DNA of 37,879 nucleotides from Octopus bimaculoides (taxonomy: Eukaryota): contig NC_068990.1 in the NCBI RefSeq assembly GCF_001194135.2, positions 16,843,860 to 16,881,738 of the forward strand, written 5' to 3'. Shown piece after piece: positions 33,304 through 37,879 of the stretch (position 1 is its first letter; every line of letters begins with the position of its first letter). A program made the position numbers and the translations under genes. Under the pieces are notes generated by a model, which worked only from the letters and a program-made list of their open reading frames with translations, was not told where the DNA came from and made no database searches.

Positions 33304-34562
33304 AGGGAAAGAAGAGAAAACTGAATTACAATACAAAACACTGGGAAAAAATAAAACAGAAAATAACAAAAATATAAAATAAAAGAAAAAAATTGTGAAT
33401 TCTGTGACACAAGAAAAGGTGAAACTGGAAGCGCCAGGCAAATCAAAATGACTTCTAAATAAGGTTCTGGTTTCTCGTTCTGTGTTCTTCAGTTTATTTA
33501 ATTTCTATGGGGTTCTTTGATTGGGATGTGTAGTATGTTTATATAACAATAAAGTTTCTTTGGCATTAATTTTAGTTTTTAACATACAGGAAGCTTTGTG
33601 CTATTTGTTCCAATTCTCTGCACCTTGAGATCAAATCTAACCAAGGTCAATTTAACCTTTCAACCTTCTGGGGTCAATTAATAAAGTATGAATTCAAAGT
33701 GGTAAACTGGCAGAACTCTGGCATTTATTCCAGTTCTTTACATTCTAGGTTCAAATCCTGCTATGGTCAACTTGGATAGTAGACTTAAACTGTTGTCCAG
33801 TTTAACACCTCCAAATTTGACCCCTTGGGTGATATTAGTGAAGTCTACACTGTTGTAAGCTTTGGAACCAGGTTTCTGGTTTAAAGAACCCTTCCACTCT
33901 TCCCCTCTCCCATCAGTCTCGGAAGCATTGTAAAAGATCATGGCCACTGCTCCATTTCCTGACTAAAATATATAAAAAAAAGTTTGACTTTTAGATAGTC
34001 TTCTTTTCTAATTTCCTTCTTTCAGTACTAATGCTCTATCTTTTCAGTTTCCTTAACTCCCTCAGTATTTACGTAAGTGGTTCTGTTCCAATTCTCATCT
34101 CTGATTAAATGTAACATTCTTTGAGCATATTTGTCCTATCCTCCACTCCTTTTTTGATATCACTGCTGAATTCATGTCCAGTTTTTAATAGGTTCTCCAG
34201 CTGGCAATTGTCACTTGTATAGAGTTCTGAATCAACCATACCCCTTTTGTTACCACATTTCATTTGAAATACACCCTCTCTGTTTCAACTAATTTTAAAA
34301 ATTAACAAAGAATATAGTAAAGTGATGTTGTCATTATTATAAAATGGTGTTCAGAATATTAATTAACATAAAATTCTAAAGGGAAATTTTAATTTAGATT
34401 ATTTTAACCCCTTTTGTGACCAAATTTCAATTGAAAATACATTGTATTTGTTTTAATTTATTTTGAAAATAATGAATAATGTAACAAAACAACTTTGTCA
34501 TTAATAATCTGATGTTTGGAATATGAAATCAGTGAGAAACATTGATGAAAGGTTTCTTTAAC

Positions 34563-34786
34563 TTAACCCTTTAAACATTCAGATTATTCTGTTCAAAGTA
34601 ATGCTTCTTTATTCAAATTGTTTTGAATTAATCATGCATTTTCTCATAGCTTTGAGATTTCAATATGATTGCTAATTTTTAGAATGACAATGTAGGGCAG
34701 GAGTGAGAAGCTGGACCTGGTGAATCTGAACAAAAGACAGATAAAATATTTGGGCCAGATATGGCTGGTTTGGGTACTAAAGGATC
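34563..34786. mobile_element. Degenerate copy of the 20989-21203 MITE family
   Basis: Starts ttaaccctttaaacattcagatt, shares the internal aatgaca.tgtaggg motif, ends in a decayed actaaaggatcaa. Confidence 0.65.
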
Positions 34787-35849
34787 AAAGTACTTTAAAA
34801 CAGGAAAGTTTGTTCCACAGAACCAAGAACATATTCAGGTGGGTTGGTAACAAAAGGACAAAGAGGAGATTTTTTCTTTCTGTTTTTTTTTTTCTTTACA
34901 CTTTGTCCAAAGCTTTAGCTCAGTAATGATTTGATTCAGCAAATTTGTTTGAATGGAATCAAAGTAAGAGAGGAGGATAAGCAGTGACTCTTTCAGAAAT
35001 CATCATCTTTTAATGGTAGATCACATGCCCTGAAGATCAAATTATTAGTTTATTTGTAAAAGTTCTTTTGTCATAAATACTGTGACTTCTTTGATGATTT
35101 TCTGACCGGTGTGTCTCCTCTTGTCCTGCTTGTCCCGTTTTGGAAAGTCACTGAAGAAATCACAGCATGTGTGGTGAAAGAACTTTGCCAAATAAACTAA
35201 AATTAATAATAATAAAGCTAGAGTGAAGATCAAATAAACAGTGTGTGTGTTTAATTGTCAAAAGATGACCATCCCCAAGTATAACAATATCCCTTAACAA
35301 TATTTTGATACTTTCATCTTGAAATAGTACAGTTTATAAATATAGTGTTTGTATTAACCTTTGCTTATCAACCAGTCATGTTCTATCATTTTGTCAGATA
35401 GAGGGGGGAAGCTCCATGACACTCTCAATCCTTTTATTTTTCAGAGTCACCAGAGAAGAGAAGAAATGCAAAGAGACCTTGCATGAACTCTAGCAACAAA
35501 CCAAATTCCATTTAAAACACTCAAGGATTGGACAGGAGTTAAGCTGACTCATTTGGTACCAATCCAACAGATGCCACTCCTGATAGAAATTTTATTTTAA
35601 AGTGATCAAACTAAAACCTTCCATCAAAATTCAATATTAATTTATGTTCCAAACACCAGCGTAATATTGACAAAGTTACTTTACTAAACTCTTCATTTTC
35701 AAAATGAATTGAAGCAAAGACCATGGATCTGCCAGATCAGATTGGAGCCTGGTGCAACCATCCGGTTCACCAGTCCTCAGTCAAACCGTCCAACCCATGC
35801 TAGCATGGAAAGCGGACGTTAAACAATGATGATGATGATGATGATACAT

Positions 35850-36257
35850 AGCAAGCATGACCGTGTGATAAGAAGCTTGCTTCCCAAACACATGGTTCCA
35901 GGTTCAGTCCTACTGCATAGCACCTTGGGCTAGTATTTTTTACTATAGCATTGTAAGTGGATTTGGTAGCTGGAAACTGAAAGAAGACCATCAAGTATAT
36001 GTGTGTGTGTGTGTATGTGTGTGTGTGTGTGTGTGTGCATGCATGTGTGTTTATGTCTGTGTTTGTCCCCCACTACTGTTTGACAACCAGTATTGATGTG
36101 TTTACATCCTTGTAACTTAGCAGTCCAGTAGAAGTCACTGATAGAATAAGTATCAGGTTTAAAAGAAAAGTACTGCAGTCAATTCATTCAACTAAAATTC
36201 TTCAAGGCAGTGCCCCAGCATGGCCACAGTCTAATGACAGAAACTGGTAAAAGATAA
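35850..36257 (+). mobile_element. Composite SINE copy
   Basis: Same head, (TG)n middle and tail ending ggtaaaagataa. Confidence 0.8.
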
Positions 36258-37733
36258 CAACAGCATTACAGCTTCAAACTTGCAAGAATGTGATTTGCTG
36301 TCAAAAGTTTTTTCAGTAACCAATCCATGCCAAGCTTATGTTTTTCTGCCTCTTTCCACTGTTTTCAATAACTTATTCTGTTTATTATTAATAGCTCTTC
36401 TTCACACATAATAAAACACTTCTTGACACTCTTTCATTTCCTTTCATAAAACTTTATTATTTTCCACGTGAGCAGCTGGTCTGATGATACAGATACCGCA
36501 TCTTTGTAAGTTATTATTAGTAAACAGGTTATTGGTCTGCAGTTAAAAACATCCCGATTATGAAAGAAATTTGGCTGCTATTTTTAGCAAATTGAGCAAC
36601 CATGTAAAGGCTGCCTCTTTCAAGTCGTCATATTTAATTAGTTGTGATAGTTGACAGTTCTTACAAACAAAACAGATGAAAAATAGTAGTAAAAGAATTC
36701 TGTTTTTACCCTATCAGCCAGCATCCTGAGGCTATTTTAAGTCAGCAGATGCCCTAAATGTGAAACCCTGTATGGGGTCTCCTCTTGACTCACCATACTG
36801 ACTTCCTCACTATCATAGATGACCCCACAAAACACTAAATGACTTGGAGACAATTAGGAAACAGAGTCAAAATAGAAACACAACCTGATGGGGGAATTAA
36901 CAGATGTTATTATTAGGAAATATGAGACTAATGAATCATTGAGAAGCTCAGCACTAATACAGTAAATCATTGTCAGACATTGCTGTGTGGTTAAGGAGCT
37001 GACTTCCCAACCACAGGGTTTATGGTACAATCCCACTGTTTGTCAGTTTATGGAGTTTGTATTTTTTTCATGGCTTTGAGTTGACCAATGCCTTCTAAGT
37101 GAAATTTGGTAGATAGCGACTGTTTGGAAGTCCATCCTATATATGTGTGTTTGTAAGCATGTGTTTTAAGTGCATGTGTACGTGCACACACACACACACA
37201 CATATGTATATAAAAATATATATATACAGACACACACNNNNNNNNNNNNNNNNNNNNNNNNNNNNNNNNNNNNNNNNNNNNNNNNNNNNNNNNNNNNNNN
37301 NNNNNNNNNNNNNNNNNNNNNNNNNNNNNNNNNNNNNNNNNNNNNNNNNNNNNNNNNNNNNNNNNNNNNNNATATATAAACAAATAGTAAATGAGTATAT
37401 GCATATATACGTACAGGTATGTGCATACCGACATCCACCTGTATGTATAGGTGCATATCTGGGTACAGGACATTGCAAACAAACGTAGACGAGAAAACAC
37501 ACAAGCCACATAGAGAACATTCTACTTCATCAGCTACCCACGTTTTAATGAAAGATAAAAAGCACCCATGGCAGTGTCATATTTAGAGCACCTCATGCTG
37601 GTGCCACATAAAATTCATTCAGCCACAGAAACCATGACTAAACAGACAATTGGAGTGTGGGCAGTTCTCTGGTTGGTTAGTCCCTGTCAAACCATCCAAC
37701 TCATGCAAGCATGGAAAACAGACGTTAAATGAT

Positions 37734-37879
37734 GGGGTTGGAAATGAGTACAGCAATGAATTCCGGGTAGAGGTAGGGGTCCACCAAGGTTCCGTCCTCA
37801 GCCCCCTCTTATTTATCATAGTCCTCCAGGCAATCACAGAGGAGTTCAAGACAGGTTGCCCCTGGGAGCTCCTCTATGC
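37734..37879 (+). mobile_element. 5'-truncated RTE-type LINE, reverse transcriptase fragment (runs off the window)
   Basis: Stop-free frame GVGNEYSNEFRVEVGVHQGSVLSPLLFIIVLQAITEEFKTGCPWELLY(A): non-LTR RT motif GVxQGSVLSPLLF leading into the expected YADD. Confidence 0.9.

Noticed and set aside
33738-33960. Open frame after an AG-like site (SGNGAVAMIFYNASETDG...)
   Set aside because: No integrin or other recognisable motif, no suitable donor, and it runs into SINE sequence.
35146-35190. Hammerhead-like CTGAAGA...GAAA with a hairpin between
   Set aside because: Stem III is not credible, stem I has about 3 of 5 pairs and there is no G-C closing stem II; compatible with chance.
36721-36785. GAAACCCTGTATGGGGTC resembling hammerhead stem III with a GUC site
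   Set aside because: The upstream core reads CTGAGGC rather than CTGANGA and stem I does not pair.
36793-36833. Short segment between ttag and a GTGAGT donor on the minus strand
   Set aside because: The phase-1 frame needed to join the gene contains a stop, and the other frames do not resemble integrin.
42-37520. Most listed ORFs rich in HT, YI, CV, ER, LS or X runs, and poly-I/M/H/V ORFs (e.g. 1825-2496, 19696-20038, 27145-27630, 31064-31820, 33070-33446)
   Set aside because: They are translations of microsatellites or N-gaps; only the segments matching integrin exons or retroelement motifs are credible.

Overview
AT-rich, microsatellite-dense eukaryotic DNA with seven N-gaps. The SINE/MITE content suggests an octopus (inference). 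The only gene I can support is an internal part of an integrin alpha subunit on the minus strand. I traced 19 GT-AG exons by hand (28419 down to 259); phases match at every junction except where the 10-N gap at 15165-15174 truncates one exon. The spliced product covers beta-propeller FG-GAP repeats 4-7 (Ca-binding loops EFNGDDIQD, DLNGDKLDD, DINFDGYND, DLDGNGYTD), thigh, genu (CGPDNICIPDL), calf-1 and the start of calf-2 (GPSVEHLYE), and most resembles the PS2/alphaV/alpha5/alpha8 group. Most listed six-frame ORFs are microsatellite or gap artefacts. The introns hold tRNA-derived SINEs, TTAA-flanked MITEs, a Tc1/mariner end and fragments of several LINE clades. The main unexpected signal is three type I hammerhead ribozyme motifs from unrelated sequences. 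The first (7285-7329) has an intact core, a palindromic stem III and a roughly 30-bp extended stem I. It lies in the sense orientation of the integrin pre-mRNA, inside a 350-bp unit that runs into a gap, and is a candidate retrozyme. The second (15891-15955, plus strand) also has an intact core. The third (24817-24853, plus strand) is a minimal core variant. All structures and family assignments were made by eye, without database searches or folding software.
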